A program made the position numbers and the translations under genes. The notes under the pieces are model-generated. The model made no database searches. It worked only from the letters and a program-made list of their open reading frames with translations, and was not told the DNA's origin. This document shows, in pieces, positions 49,950 to 63,568 of a DNA stretch of 64,000 nucleotides; position 1 is the first letter of the stretch; every line of letters begins with the position of its first letter. The DNA is from Cetorhinus maximus (lineage: Eukaryota): assembly GCF_964194155.1 (NCBI RefSeq), contig NC_135883.1, positions 6,324,001 to 6,388,000 of the forward strand, given 5' to 3'.

Positions 49950-50340
49950 ATTACTTGAGTGTCATCTTGGATCAACTAGAATGCCTCTGAATCAGAAGGG
50001 TTCACTCTGCATAGTCACTTGTACATATAACCTAGGCTGTTACTTCATTATAATAATGAGGGAACGCTGCATTGTTGGAGGCATCGCCTTTAGATTGAGG
50101 CATTGAACCAGGCCATGTCTAACTGTTCAAGTGAATATTTAAAATCCCAGGGCATTACTGAAAGAACAGGATGTTCCCCTGGTATCATGGGCTCATATCA
50201 CCAATAACAGTTCAACTCATTTTCTGTGTGGTACCTGCTGGGTCCAAATTGGGTGCTGAGCTGGTTTACCTAAAAAAATAGTACTCTCAGAAGTGATTGA
50301 TGTTCAAAAAGGCGTTTATTTGAGGTGAAATGCTGTGTGG
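49950..50340 (+). mobile_element. Old tRNA-derived SINE, Deu-domain-like
   Basis: Decayed head (GCCTCTGAATCAGAAGG, related to the 31381 head) followed by TGAGGGAACGCTGCATTGTTGGAGG..CCTTTAGATTGAG. The family assignment is from memory of the motif. Confidence 0.5.
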
Positions 50341-52479
50341 CGTTGTTTCTTGTTATACGAAAATCACTACCACTTTAAGAGAAATACAATCATTAAGTTT
50401 TGACTTTTTTTAACTACCTATTTTGAACCTCTTTCAAAATTTGAAAAACACAGTTATCTTCCGGACAAATCATGAGGGTGTAAAATGAATGCAGTAGTTT
50501 ATTGCCGCGCAGTTACAATTTCACTTATACTTGTAATTGGAGGGAGCATTGAGAAAAAAATGTATTGTTATAGACTTTTACTCTGTGCTGGTTTTATTTC
50601 ATTTATTCAAGAAATAAAGCTTAGCATTCAGAAAGAAATCCAACGTGGACATTCAATGCAGGAGGGAAATCAAAAAAAGCAAAATCCCTCTTTTAGCTCG
50701 TCTAGCAATGGTTAATGACATGAACGTAAAGTCGCAGATGCAGGGTGAGTAATACTTTGAGCAGTTGATCTCATATGTATAAATTATTCCAAGTATGGCT
50801 TGATTAGATACTCTGCCATCAAAGAGCGCTACTGATTCCCTCCAACATTTCCTGTGAACAATTTGTAGGGCCATAGTCACATGAGCCAGCAGCAATGGTA
50901 CTGCTGCCAAAAGAGCACCAAATGTACTACCACAGTCACATACTCACAGTATTGTACAGATCATCGAACAGAAAGGGGCCATTTAGTGCATCACATATGC
51001 CTGTCCCAGCTGATCAGCTAGAGCTCCTAACTCTCATCCTATTTCCTGCTCTTTCCTCAATAATTTTATGGAATTTAAGCCACATAAACAGGCCCTTATG
51101 CTGGTCCTTTATGTAATAGCAGTCCCCTGCCCCTTCCCTATACCCTTTGAATGTTTTCTTTTTCATATATAATTAATTTCCCTTTAAAATCCTTGCGGGT
51201 TTAGTTTCTAGCAATGGTTATGGGAATACTTTCAGTTTCAATAATCCTCTGAACTACTCTCTGTTTTGAAGTAGATTTGGGGCTGTAAAAGAAGTGAAAT
51301 ATGTTTAACCAACAACTGAGAAATTCCAGTCGGATTCTCCTCCTTTTAAAAGCACCAGTCCCATCAAAGACTTCTCAGGAGTGTGATGCACTTCATAAAT
51401 AGGACCAAGGGACATGACTAACCTCTCTGACCTATTTCCTCCATTTTCTGTCCTAGATCATTCCCAATCAAACTATGAACATGTCAGTGTCAGAGTTGAG
51501 GTATCCTTGTGATACTCTTCATCTCTTTCACTTCCAATAATCAGTGCCTCACCGAGCGAATACCCGGATGACTCTTTCTTTTTAAGTGGATGTCTCTCTG
51601 CTGCCACTTGCCATGATGTAATGGATGAGGAAGTGACAGCAGTTGACATGTGGATCTGACAGATTTCCCCGTGAAGATGTCCAGTCATTATCATGGCCAA
51701 CCTCTTCCTATAAGACAACCTCTATCTACTCTGTGCAGCGTAGAAGTTGTTGTTTAGCAGCGCACACTGTGGCATTCCCCCTGTAGCAATAGCGTATGAA
51801 TCTAAGGTAGGTGAATATTCGAGAGTGCACTAGCCATCATGAATATTTTCCGGCTTTTACCAACTTGAGAAGCTGGAAGGAGCCAAAGTGCTTACTCTGT
51901 CTCCATGAAAGTACTATAGTACAGTGCCAGCCTGCCCTTGTCGCACACCCACTACCTGCCACCCCCAAAATCTACCTGCAGGCCTCTGCCTGTGTCCCAG
52001 CCAGCCAGCAAGCTGCAATGGGTTGCTCCCTTGGTGTGAGCAGCTCACTGGTCAAACTGTAATAAAGCCAGGGCCTCAGAATCAAAGCCGCCACTTTGCT
52101 GTAATCTGGGCAACTGACCAGGATGTTCCACCAGTCGGCCACCAAAAAGAATGACCGCAGCCACCAGGTTAAAAGATTCAATGTGACTGTATTGTTGCTA
52201 TTTGGAGAAGAATGTTTCCCTTAGCACCTGCTTTAGTCGTGTTGATGGTCAATTGGTACCTGTAACTGAAGCTGTGGCCAGCCAAGTTGGATCAATCTCC
52301 CAATTAATGGATTAAATTAGTAATTCTTTGACTACTTCAGAAGCCTTGTTCTATTGTCACAAGCAGGCATCGAGAAACCTACGACCTCTTTTCCTTGGAG
52401 ACAACATGTCAACCATTGCAGTGGAGCTGATTCCTGGTATCATTCTATTATCAGAGTAATTACAGACCTGGAAGCCTTT

Positions 52480-55400
52480 TTCTATTCATTGATGGGATGT
52501 GGGCTTCGCTGGCTGGGCCAGCATTTATTGCCCATCCCTAATTGCCCTTGAGAAGGTGGTGGTGAGCTGCCTTCTTGAACCGCTGCATGTGGTGCAGGTA
52601 CACCCACAGTGCTGTTAAGGAAGGAGTTCCAGGATTTTGACCGAGTGACAGTGAAGAAAAGGCGATATATTTCCAAGTCAGGATGGTGAGCCTCTTGGAG
52701 GGGAACTTCCAGACGGTGGTGTTCCCATGTGTCATATAAATAGGCATATAAATGGTGGTAAAAGGAGAAGTAGGGCCAATTCAGGACCTAAAAGGGAATT
52801 TACCCATGGACGAAGGGACCATGGCTGAGGTATTAAATGAATACTTTGCATCTGTCTTTGCCAAGGAGGTAGATACTACCCAGGCAATGGTGACAGATGA
52901 GGAAACTCTGTCAGTAGAAGGTTCAAAATTGATAAGGAGGAAGTGTCGGTTCTTAAAGTTGACAAGGCACCAGGGCCAGACGAGATGCATCCAAGGATAT
53001 TGAAGGAAGCGAGAGTAGAAATTGCAGGGGCACTGGCCATAATTTTTCAGCCTTCCCTAGACTAAAAGTGTCAGAGGAGAGGACTGGAGAATTGCAAACA
53101 TAATGCCCTTGTTCAAAAAAGGTTGTAAAGATAAGCCCAGCAATTACAGACCAGTCTAACTTCAGTCGTAGGCAAGATTCTAGAAATAATTGTTCTAGAC
53201 AGCATTAGTAGTCACATGGAAAATTATGGGTTGATAAGGAAGAGCCAGCATGGATTCCTAAAGGGGAAATCATGTCTAACTAACTTGCAGAAGTTTTTTG
53301 AAGAGGTAACAGAAAGGTCAATGAGGGTAATGTTGTTGATGTGGACTTTCAAAAGGCATTCGATACAGTGCCACACAACAGGCGTGTGGGAAAAGTTATT
53401 GCTCATGGAATAAGAGGGACAGTAGCAAGATGGATTACAAAATTGGCTGAAAAATAGGAAGCAGAGAGTAATGGTCAATGGATATTTTTCAAACTGGAGG
53501 AAGGTTTGTAGTGGAGTTCCCCAGGGGTCCGTATTGGGACCCTTGCTTTTCCTGATATATAATAATGATCTAGATCTTGGTGTGCAGGGGACAATTTCAA
53601 AGTTTGAGGTTGATGTGAAGCTTGGGAGTGTTGTAAACTGTGAGAAGGACAGTGTGGAACTTCAGAAGGACATAGACAAGTTGGTGGAGTGGGCAGATAG
53701 GTGACAGATGAAGTTCAACGTGGAGAAGTGTGAGGTGATGCATTTTGGTAGGAAGAACATGGACAGACAATATAAAATAAGGGGAGAAATTTGAAGGGGG
53801 TACAGAAACAGAAAGATCTGGGTGTATGTGTGCGTAGATCATTGAAGGTGGCAGGACAGGTGGAGCAGATAGTAAAGCATATAATATCCTGGGCTTTATT
53901 AATAGGGGCATAGAGTACAAGAGCGGGGAGGTTACGCTGAATTTATATAAGACCTCAGCTGGAATATTGTGTACAGTTCTGGGTGCCACATTATAGGAAG
54001 GATGTGAACACATTGGAGAGAGTGCAGAAGAGGTTTACAAGAATGGTTCTTGGGATGAGAAACTTCAGTTACAAAATAGGTTGGAGAGGTTGGGACTGTT
54101 CTCCTTGGAGAGAAGAAAACTAAGAGGAGATTTGATAGAAATGTTCAAAATTATAAAGGGGCTGGTCAGAGTAGAGAGGGAGAAGCTGTTCCCACTCAAA
54201 AGGATCAAGAATGAGAGGGCACAGTTCTTTAAAGTGATTTGTAAAAGAAGCAAATGTGACGTGAGAAAAGACTATTTTGCACGAGCGGTTTGGATCGGGA
54301 ATGCACTGCCTGGAAGTGTGGTGAAGGCAGGTTCAATTGAGGCGTTCAAGAGGGCATTAGATGATTGCTTCTATTCGAACAATGTACAGGGGTATAGGAA
54401 AAAGGCAGGGCAATGGCACTAGGTCATAATGCTCATTTGGAGAGCTGATGCGGACACAATGGGCCGAATGGCCTACTTCTGTGCCATTAAAATTCTGTGA
54501 TTCTGTCTGCTGCCCTTGCCCTTCAGGTTGGTGGTAATCTTGGGTTTGGAAGGTGCTGCCTAAGAAGCCTTGGTGAGTTTCTACAGTGCATCTTCTAGAT
54601 GGTACACACTGCTGCCACTGTTCGTCAGTAGTGGAGGGAGTGAATGTTTGTGGAGGGGTGCCAATCAAATGGGCTGCTTTATCTTGGATGGTTTCAAGCT
54701 TCTTGAATGTTGTTGGAGCTGCACTCATCCAGGAAAGCAGAGAGTATTCCATTACACTCCTGACTTGTGCCTTGTAGATGGTGGACAGGCTTTGGGGAGT
54801 CAGGAGGTGAGTTACTCACTGCAGGATTCCTAGCTTCTGACCTGCTCTTGCAGCCACAGTATTTATATGGCTAGTCCAATTCAGTTTCTGGTCAATGGTA
54901 ACCCCCTAGGATGTTGATAGTGGGGGATTCAGAGATGGTAATGCCATTGAATGTCAAGGGGCGATGGTTAGATTCTCTCTTGTTGGAGATGGTCATTGCC
55001 CAGCAATTGTGTGGCCAGAATGTTACTTGCCACTTGTCAGCCCAAGCTTCGATATTGCCCAGATCTGCTGCATTTGGACATGAACTGCTTCAGTATCTGA
55101 GGAGTCGCGAATGGTGCTGAACATTGTGCAATCATCAGCGAACATCCCCACTTCTGACCTTATGATGGAAGGAAGGTCACTGAAGAAGCAGCTTAAGATG
55201 GCTGGGCCTAGGGCACTACTCTGAGGAACTCCTGCAGTGATGTCCTGGAACTGAGTTGATTGACCTCCAGCAACCACAATGACCTTCCTTTGTGCTAGTT
55301 TGACGCCAACCAGTGGAGAGCTTTCCCCCTGATTCCCATTGACTCTAGTTTTGCTAGGGCTCCTTGATACCACACTCAGTCAAATACTGCCTTGATGTCA

Positions 55401-55795
55401 AGGGCAGTCACTCTCACCTCACCTCTGGAGTTGAGCTCTTTTGTCCATGTTTGAAACAAGACTGTCATGAGGTCAGAAGCTGAGTGACTGTGGTGGAACC
55501 CAAACTGAACGTCAGTGAGCAGGTTGTTGCTAAGCAAGTGCCACTTGATAGCACTGTTGATGATCCCTTCCATCACTTTACTGATGATGGAGAGTAGATT
55601 TGGGGGGGGGTAATTGGCCGTGCTTGGCTAGGGGCATGGCAAATTCTGGAGCACAAGTCTTCAGTACAATTGCCGGAATATTGTCAGGCTCATAGCCTTT
55701 GCAGTATCCAGTGCCGTCAGCCATTTCTTGATATCAATGGCAATCGAATTGGCTGAAGACTGGCACCTGTGATGCTTGGGACCTCTGGACCTCTG
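52480..55795 (-). mobile_element. LINE family B copy, split by a CR1 insertion (52480-52733 and 54504-55795)
   Basis: Colinear with 20275-21870. The halves rejoin as CCCATG(TGTC)TGCTGCCC. Internal deletion near 55615. Confidence 0.9.
52734..54503 (+). mobile_element. CR1 LINE 3' fragment inserted antiparallel into LINE B
   Basis: MAEVLNEYFASVF; SQHGFLKGKSCLTNL; GVPQGSVLGPLLF; RRKLRGDLIEMFKI; 3' end GGGCCGAATGGCC..ATTCTGTGATTC. Flanked by TGTC on both sides. Confidence 0.92.
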
Positions 55796-55926
55796 TTTTT
55801 TCTAAGAGATTATTTATTCTTTAATGCTCTAAATATTTCTTGTTACCCTAGAATTGGAATTTCAAAAGGATAGTTGAATGATTCTATGATGTATTGTAAA
55901 TGGATGATCTTCTTTATTTTCTGCAG

Positions 55927-56028
55927 GCTATGGAAAGCAAGCTGCTCATTGGAGGCAAGAACATCATGGACCATACCAACGAACAACAAAAAATGCTGGA
56001 GCAGAAGAGGCAAGAGATTGCAGAGCAG
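55927..56028 (+). CDS. KIF3C: Kinesin-2 family internal coding exon (102 bp, phase 0-0), coiled-coil stalk
   Basis: tttattttctgcag|GCT..CAG|gtaaat. Encodes [44 protein letters not shown] and QKML match my recollection of KIF3C rather than KIF3B (LLVGG, NIVDH, QKIL). Confidence 0.9.
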
Positions 56029-57414
56029 GTAAATGTTTCTTTTATTGACATTATGGTTGGTAATGTTAAAGCATGATCTTAGCATTTTGTTCTATTACCT
56101 TCATGAATAATGAAGACATTTTACGATATCCTTGGCAATTAGTGGTGCGCAGAGTGTGCACAAGATGCTGTTCATATAAATTATTGGAATTCTCCTGTGT
56201 TCAGTCATTATATATAGATTCTTGAAAGTATATTGATTAGTGGCCTGCTGAGTAAAGGCAGTGCCTGGTGTAATATTCAGCCATGGAGACCTGAACAATA
56301 TAACTCCATGTACAAAGGAGCACTTAAAGTGGCAAAGGTTTTCTTCTCTGATTTTCTTTTGAATCTCTTTTACTTTCATATCCTCCCTTTTTTTTTAGTG
56401 CTAGATTTTTGTTATTTTTGGGAGGGTCAAGTTTTGTCCCCCTTAGATTCACTGGCATTAAAGCATGAAGTTACCTCTTCTGTAGCTGCACATTATCTGC
56501 AATATCTCCAGAATGGTGAATTATATATTCACACTTTACACGGTGGGAACCAAAACTGGTCTGAAAGTCCAACTGACTCTGAATGAAGCAGAGTGAGACC
56601 CTGTCCTCCAGAGAGAGAGAGAGAGAATCGCTCATCCAATGGCATGGGATTCATGCTATCGCATTGACGAGAAATAAAATAGCCTTCATGTGATGCTACA
56701 GTTGTAGCAGATACTATGTACAACAGGAGTATGGTTCTGTGGTATGCTTGTGTGAATGGGAGAGTGAGAAGGAAGATGAGAGAGAGTTTGAGCAGATCGA
56801 TAAGAGAACTTAGAGAATGCCTCTGGCTTCACCTTTCCTGACTCCCTCAGTACTCTTACAAGGCAAGAAGAACCATCATGACTTCCTACAAGGGCTTATA
56901 ATTTCTGGGACCATGTGCATTTGAAGAGGGAAGCATTGGGTTTACTTTGGTGGTCTTTTCAACAAGTTAGCAATTTTATTCTATATATGTAGAGGTGCAA
57001 ATCCTACAACTTCTTTTAACTAAAATAAATGTCACTATTTAGAATAGTATGAAAACTATGACAAACTTGACATTTTATCCTCGATAGAAGTTCTCTAACA
57101 ATTCTGAAGTTCTTATGTATACTGATTATAACACACGAGTTAATGCCCTGCCAAATTTTAAGAAAATCATTAAGCCTTTTAAAAAAAAAACCACACACTG
57201 AAATCTAAGACAAACTGGGCACTAAATAGCAGAAACATTTTTCAAGCAGTATATCATTTATTTTTCGTTCAAAATAGGCCTATGAAAGGCTGAGAAAAAG
57301 GGGAAAAATTACAGTAAGGTGAAAATTTATGGAATTCTGTGAAATAACCTTTTGTACAGAAATGGAAAATATGCAATATCTACCAGCAGTTATTCTACTT
57401 TTTCCTTTAAATAG

Positions 57415-57537
57415 AAACGAAGAGAGCGAGAAATGCAACAGCAGATGTTGCTACAAGATGAAGAGACCATGGAACTAAGAGACACATACACCTCACTCCA
57501 GCAAGAAGTAGAAATTAAAACCAAGAAGCTGAAAAAG
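57415..57537 (+). CDS. KIF3C: Next kinesin-2 coding exon (123 bp, phase 0-0)
   Basis: tttcctttaaatag|AAA..AAG|gtgaga. Encodes [41 protein letters not shown], in frame with the previous exon across a 1386-bp GT-AG intron. Confidence 0.9.
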
Positions 57538-58847
57538 GTGAGAAAAAAAGTAAGAAATGGCTTAATTCTTTATCTATTACTCTGACCTATATATTTTCAA
57601 TTAAATGTTATTGATTTGAAATGTATTGGAAATCATTGTATAAAGAAGTTAAAGCCTCCTTCATTAAAATACACTAAAAAACTAACCTGATGAACTATAA
57701 CATTCAATGACCCCTAGCTCCCTTCTATGAACATATGGGGAATATATATCCATGAAGGAATCCCATGCATTGCTCACTATTACTGGCCACAAATGGTGCT
57801 GAAACACAGAAGCAGGGAGGAAGCAAAGCTAGAGGGCACATACAAAGTCTCTCTGAAAATAATATTTGGGCAGGTCTGCCAAAAGGTGTGGAACCAGCCA
57901 TGGTGGTCATACCTTCAGAGCACTTTATATCATAACTTGCAATAGCTTGCTCAATGGTGAACATTTCACTTGCCGCTGAGGCCACATATGTGCAGAGGCC
58001 CAAAAGTATTGGTGGGAAAGCTAGACTAAGTGAAGCAAATTCCAGGAAAGCAATAAATCTTAAGACATGGACTACTTAGTTGATGTTTTGAAGAACTTTT
58101 TTTGGAAATTATTATAAATGATTTTTAGTTCTATTTCCTTAGATAACTAACAAAGCAAAATGATGGTTGAAAATATTTTCAATAAGTATTTGAGCTGGTC
58201 CTCCTGCTTCCCTATTTATCTATTCTGCATTGATAACGCTTTTTGTCTGCTTCCCCATTTGTCCAGACATATTTGACAGTCAGCATTAACCAATCAGCAG
58301 CAATTTATTTTCTTTTTATAATATTTTATGATAATCAAACCAGTGTGCCTTTTATGCCCGATGTCACAAGACGTTCCTCATGCTGCATGCAGGCCAATAT
58401 GCCACATATTGTGGTAAAGAAAATTCCCAAGTTGTTGATGTCTGCTCCGTTGGTCAGTACAAGCTTCAATAAATCTACCAAAGTTATTTAAAGATCACCC
58501 ATGTTGGACTGAGCAACCAGTTCCACTCCTGAAGCTCAGTGTGCGTAAATAAAATGGTCACAACAGTGTATGAAAGGCCTAGCTTGAAGGGGCTGAATCT
58601 TTAAAGGTTAATAGCATATTGCATTGTTGCTTGCAAAGTTAGAATTTTTTGGCATATTGTGTGGAATTAATTTTAAGGTTGCAATGACACACCTAATTTT
58701 GGAGGAGCAAAAAGCAGCTGTAACTATTCCTCGCACGTTATCTACCCAGGACCCACATTTAATGATCCAGGCAGTCCTTCCTAAGTATGTGAGAAGACTC
58801 ATCTTCAGTGACTCCACTTCACAGTGAAGTCTGCCATGTAGCTGTCC

Positions 58848-59518
58848 CATTCATGGGATGTGGGCTTCACTGGCTAGGCCAGCATTTATTGCCCATCCCT
58901 AATTGCCAATGAGAAGGTGGTGGTGAGCTGCCGCCTTGAACCACTGCAGTCCATGCGGTGTGGGTACACCCACAGTGCTATATGGGAGGGAGTTCCAGGA
59001 TTTTGACCCAACGACAGTGAAAGAACAGCGATATATTTCCAAGTCAGGATGGTAAGTGGCTTGGAGGGGAACTTCCAAGTGGTGATGCTCCCATGCATCT
59101 GCTGCCCTTGTCCATCTAGGTGATAAAAGTCGTGGGTTTGGAAGGCGCTGTCGAAGGAGCCATGGTGAGTTTCTGCAGTGCATCTTGTAGATGGTACACA
59201 CTGCTGCCACTGTACATCGGTGGTGGAGGGAGTGAATGTTTAAGCTGGTGGATGGGGTGCCAATGGGCTGCTTTGTCCCAGACGGTGTCAGTCTTCTTGA
59301 GTGTTGTTGGAGCTGCACTCATCCAGACAAATGCAGGGTATTCCATCATACTCCTGACATGTGCCTTGAAGATGGTGGACAGGTTTTGAGGAGTCAGGAG
59401 GTTAGTTACTCTCTGCAGAATTCCCAGCCTCTGACCTGCTTTTGTAGCCACAGTATTTATATGGCTAATCCAGTTTCTGGTCAATGGTAACCCCCAGGAT
59501 GTTGCCAATGAGGGATTC
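58848..59518 (-). mobile_element. LINE family B 3' part (resumes at 63569-63625)
   Basis: Colinear with 20280-20920. It breaks at GGGATTC and resumes as ATTCGGCGATAGTAATGCC at 63569. Confidence 0.9.
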
Positions 59519-62500
59519 ATGCTCCGCCATTCAATAAGGTCATGGCTAATCTGGTTGTGATCTCAGCTCCACTTTTCTATCCGCCCCCTATAAACCTTGA
59601 CTCCCTTATCTAACAAAAATCTGTCTAACTCTGCCTTGAATAAATTGAATGACCCAGCCTCCACTACTTTCTTGGGAAGAGAATTCCATACACCAGTGAT
59701 CCTTTGGGAGAAAAAGTCTTAAAAGGGAGACCTCTTATTCTTAAATTATGTCCCCTAGTTTAGTCTCCCCCCTCCACAAGAGGAAACACCCTCTGGGTAT
59801 CCACCCAATCAAGCCCCCTCAGAATCTCATATGTTTCAATAAGATCACCTCTCATTCTTCTAAACTCCAGTGGGTATAGGCCCAACCTGTTCATAACCTT
59901 TCTTCATAAGACAACCCATTCATTCCAGGAATGTGTCTACTGTACCTTCTCTTTTTCTAAAGCAATTATATCTTTTGTTTTAAAATAAGGAGACCAAAAT
60001 CCACACTGTTATGACGTGGCAGATGACATGTGCCAGGCCGACCACATCCACAAGGGAAACTTGACCACACTGTCACAATGATTTTGCAATTTGTATTTAT
60101 TACAAGAAGTTGTGTGCACTGAATTCAGGAGTAATGAGTCCAGTAAGACCTTTAGAGCTTTTAAAAATGAAGTAAAATATTTATGAACAAAATATAGGAT
60201 TTGAAGAACGTACATAAGACTACAATTAGTTAATACTATAACAAATCCTAAAATTTCTAACTAACCTGACTCTAAGTTACACACCCCTTGAGGCCAACAG
60301 TCTAAAATAGATTTTAAATTTAAAAAGCAAGCTAGCAAGTCACCACAGTACCCACTTGATAATAGAATCCCAAAGCTTGTCTCCAACTTTAGTTACTAGA
60401 CTCAACAGACTTATGCATAAATGGCTGGAGGCTTCCTGAGCACTGTTTCACACTCTCCTGCGAGATCTTACACGACCCCCAACATAACATTTCATTCTCC
60501 TTTTATATTCGTTTCTCCCTCTTTAATCTGTAAATTCCATTGTTTCATATGGCTTTGAAATGTACTTTTCCCATAATATAAAATCTTTCATGTTGCCAAT
60601 ATTGTCAGTAACCTTTGGGAAAAATAAACACACTGTTTGGCCTCGCTTTTCTGGCTAGTTGTGAACATCCTAACACCCCTTTGAAATTCAAACAACCCCT
60701 TCACTTATCTAAAAATGCAAATTTCCTTCACACCTTATATGCTAAGACAGCATCCATGTTTACTCATTAGCATTTCAATTTCACTTCTACACCCAACTTC
60801 TTTTGATAATTTCAAGCTTGCAGTCTACCTGACTCCAAATGTAATTAAATCACCCAGACAGAACCATCTACACTCACACACCCATAAACCTACTTGACAA
60901 TAGACCAGAATAATATTATGAAAATTATTATACTTTCATAATACACACAGTATTCCAGATGTGGTCTCACCAAGGCCCTGTTTAGCTGTAGTAAAACTTC
61001 CCTACTTTTATATTGATTCCTCTTGCAATAAACACCAACATTCCATTTGCCTTCCTAATCACTTGCTATACCTGCATACTAACTTTTTGTGATTCATGTA
61101 CCAGGATACCTAGGTCCCTCTGTACTACCAAGTTCTTCAAACTTTTTCCATTTAACTGGTATACTGCTTTTCTATTCTTCCTGCCAAAGTGAAGAATTTT
61201 ACCCACACTATACGCCATCAGTCAAATTTTTGCCAACTCACTTAACCTGCCTATATCCCTTTGCAGGCTCTCTACCTCCTCTTGACAACTTACACTCCTA
61301 CCTATCTTGGTGTCATCAGCAAATTTAGCTACCATACATTCGGTCCCTTCATCCAAGTCATTGAAATAGATTGTAAATAGTTGAGGACCCAGCACTGATC
61401 CCTGTGGCACTCCACTAGTTACAGCTTGCCAATCTGAAAAAGACCCATTTATCCCTACTCTCTGCTTCCTGTTAGCATGGATAAATGATTGGTATTACCC
61501 CCTACTCCCTATTCTCTTATCTTGTGTAGTAACCTTTGATGTGGTACCTTATCAAATGCCTTTTGGAAATCCAAGTACACCACACCTACAGGTTCCCCTT
61601 TATCCACCTTGAATCTTACTTTGTCAAAAAATTCTAACAGATTAGTTAAACACGATTTCCCCTTCACAAAGCCATGTTGGCTCTGCCTGATGAAATTGTG
61701 ATTATCTAAGTATCCTGCTATAACCTCCTTAATAATATGTTCTAGCACTGCCTGATGAAATCATGGACTCTAGCACTTTCTCTAGGACAGAAGTTAGGCT
61801 AACTGGCCTACAGTTTCCTGCTTTCTGCTTCCCCCCTTCCTTGAATAAAGGTGTTACATTAGCTAATTTCTAATCCACTGCAATCTTTCCAGAATCTAAG
61901 GAATATTGGAAGTTTAAAACCAATGCATCTGCTATCTGTACCCAACTTCTTTTAAGGCCCTAGGATACAGGCCATTCGGTCTTGGGGACTTGTCAGCCTT
62001 TCGGTCTAATAGTTTTTCTAGCACCCTTTCCCTGGTGATGGTGATTGCATTAAGTTCATCCCTTCCTTTCACCTCTTGATTTTCAAGTATCTTTGGGAGG
62101 TTTTCTAAGCCCTCTACCGTGAAGACAGACACAAAATACCTGTTCAACACCTCCGCCATTTCCTTGTTTTCCATTATCAATTCCTCAGACTCGCTCTCCA
62201 GAGAACCAGCACCAGCTTTAGTTATTCTTTTCCTATTCAAATACTTGAAGAAACTTTTATATTACTAGCTAGATTTCTCTCATACTCTGCTTTCTGCCTC
62301 TTTATTATCTTTCTCGCCATTCTTTGCTGGTTCTTAAAATCTGTCCAATCCTCTGACCTGCTACTAATCTTTGCAGATTTGTACAGTGTTTCTTTCAATT
62401 TAATACTATCCTTAATTTCCTTATTTAGCCATGGATGATGCATCCTTCTCAAAGAGCCTTTCTTTCTCACTGGGATAAATCTTTGCTGAGCGTTATTAAA

Positions 62501-63568
62501 TATCTCCTTAAAAGGCTGTCACTGCAACTCTTCTGTGCTACCTTTTAACCTAGTTTCCTAGTTCACCTCATCCAACCCGGCCTTTGCACTCCCATAGTTA
62601 CCTTTAGATTTAAAACACTAGACATGGACCCACACTTCTCCATTCCAAACTGAGCATAAAATTCCATCATGATGTGATCACTGTCACCTGGAGGCTCCTT
62701 TGCCATGAGGCTATAGATTAATTCTGTCTCATTGCACACCACCAGGTCTAGGATGGCTCCTTGGTAGTCTCTAGAATGTACTGCTCTAAGAAATTGTCCC
62801 AGAACATTCTATGAACTCATTTTCCAAGCTATCTTTGCCAATCTGATTTCCCCAATCTACATGTAGATTAAAGTCACTCATGATTATCACAATACCTTTC
62901 TTACACACCCCGTTTATTTCTTCCTGTATCCTACAAAGTTACGACTGCTGGAGGCCTATAAACTACTCACACAAGTGACTTCTTACCTTTCCCATTTCTT
63001 ATCTCTACCCAAACTGATTCTACATCTTGCTCTTTCAAGCTAAGGTCTTCTCTCAGTCCTGAACTCATGCCATCCTTAATTGACAGAGCTACCCAACCAC
63101 CTTTTCCTCGCTTCCAGTCATTCTAACATGTCAAATACCCTTCAACCTTCAGGTCCCAGCCTTGGTCACATTTCAGCCATGTCTCTGAATGCCTATCAGG
63201 TCATACATATTTATCTCTATCAGTGCTAACAATTCATCCCTTTTGTTACAAATACTATGTGCATTCAGATATAGGGCCTTAAACTCTGTTTTTTTTCACT
63301 ATCTTCAGCTTCATCTGTTGGAGCACTCTTACGATTGTATTTTCTGTCCCTTCCTGTCACACTCTGGAAGTTATTACCCAAATTACTGCCATTCTCTATT
63401 ACTTTGTTGTTTCCCTTTACTATATCTCATCTCACATGACCCCTTCCTCTCACTATTTAGTTTAAAGCCCTCTCTACCACCCTAGTTATAAGATTCACCA
63501 GGACACTGTTCCCAGCATGGTTCAGGTGTCGATCGTCCCAATGGTGCAGCTCCCACTTTCCCACATTC
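59519..63568 (-). mobile_element. CR1 LINE family A, most of ORF2, inserted in LINE B and interrupted by a solo LTR
   Basis: QSQHGFVKGKSCLTNLLEFFD..YLDFQKAFDKVPH, PQGSVLGPQLF..KFADDTK and HHPWLNKEIKDSIK. Colinear with 5340-7738 plus 12344-12780. ATTC is duplicated at both junctions. Confidence 0.92.
60007..60943 (-). mobile_element. Solo LTR (937 bp)
   Basis: Inverted termini TGTTATGA / TCATAATA and a perfect 5-bp TSD CACAC (60002-60006, 60944-60948). Minus-strand TATAAAA (60501-60507) is followed by AATAAA (60096-60101). The CR1 rejoins cleanly across it. Confidence 0.85.

Noticed and set aside
55927-57537. Assignment to KIF3B instead of KIF3C
   Set aside because: Residues LLIGG, NIMDH, QKML, REMQ, ETMELR and YTSL fit KIF3C better as I recall the paralogues. 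A reciprocal BLAST or tree is still needed.
61683-61780. Repeated CTGCCTGATGAAAT and TCTAGCACT inside CR1 as a ribozyme or regulatory repeat
   Set aside because: It is a local duplication within CR1 coding sequence, with no stem II or downstream GAAA arrangement.
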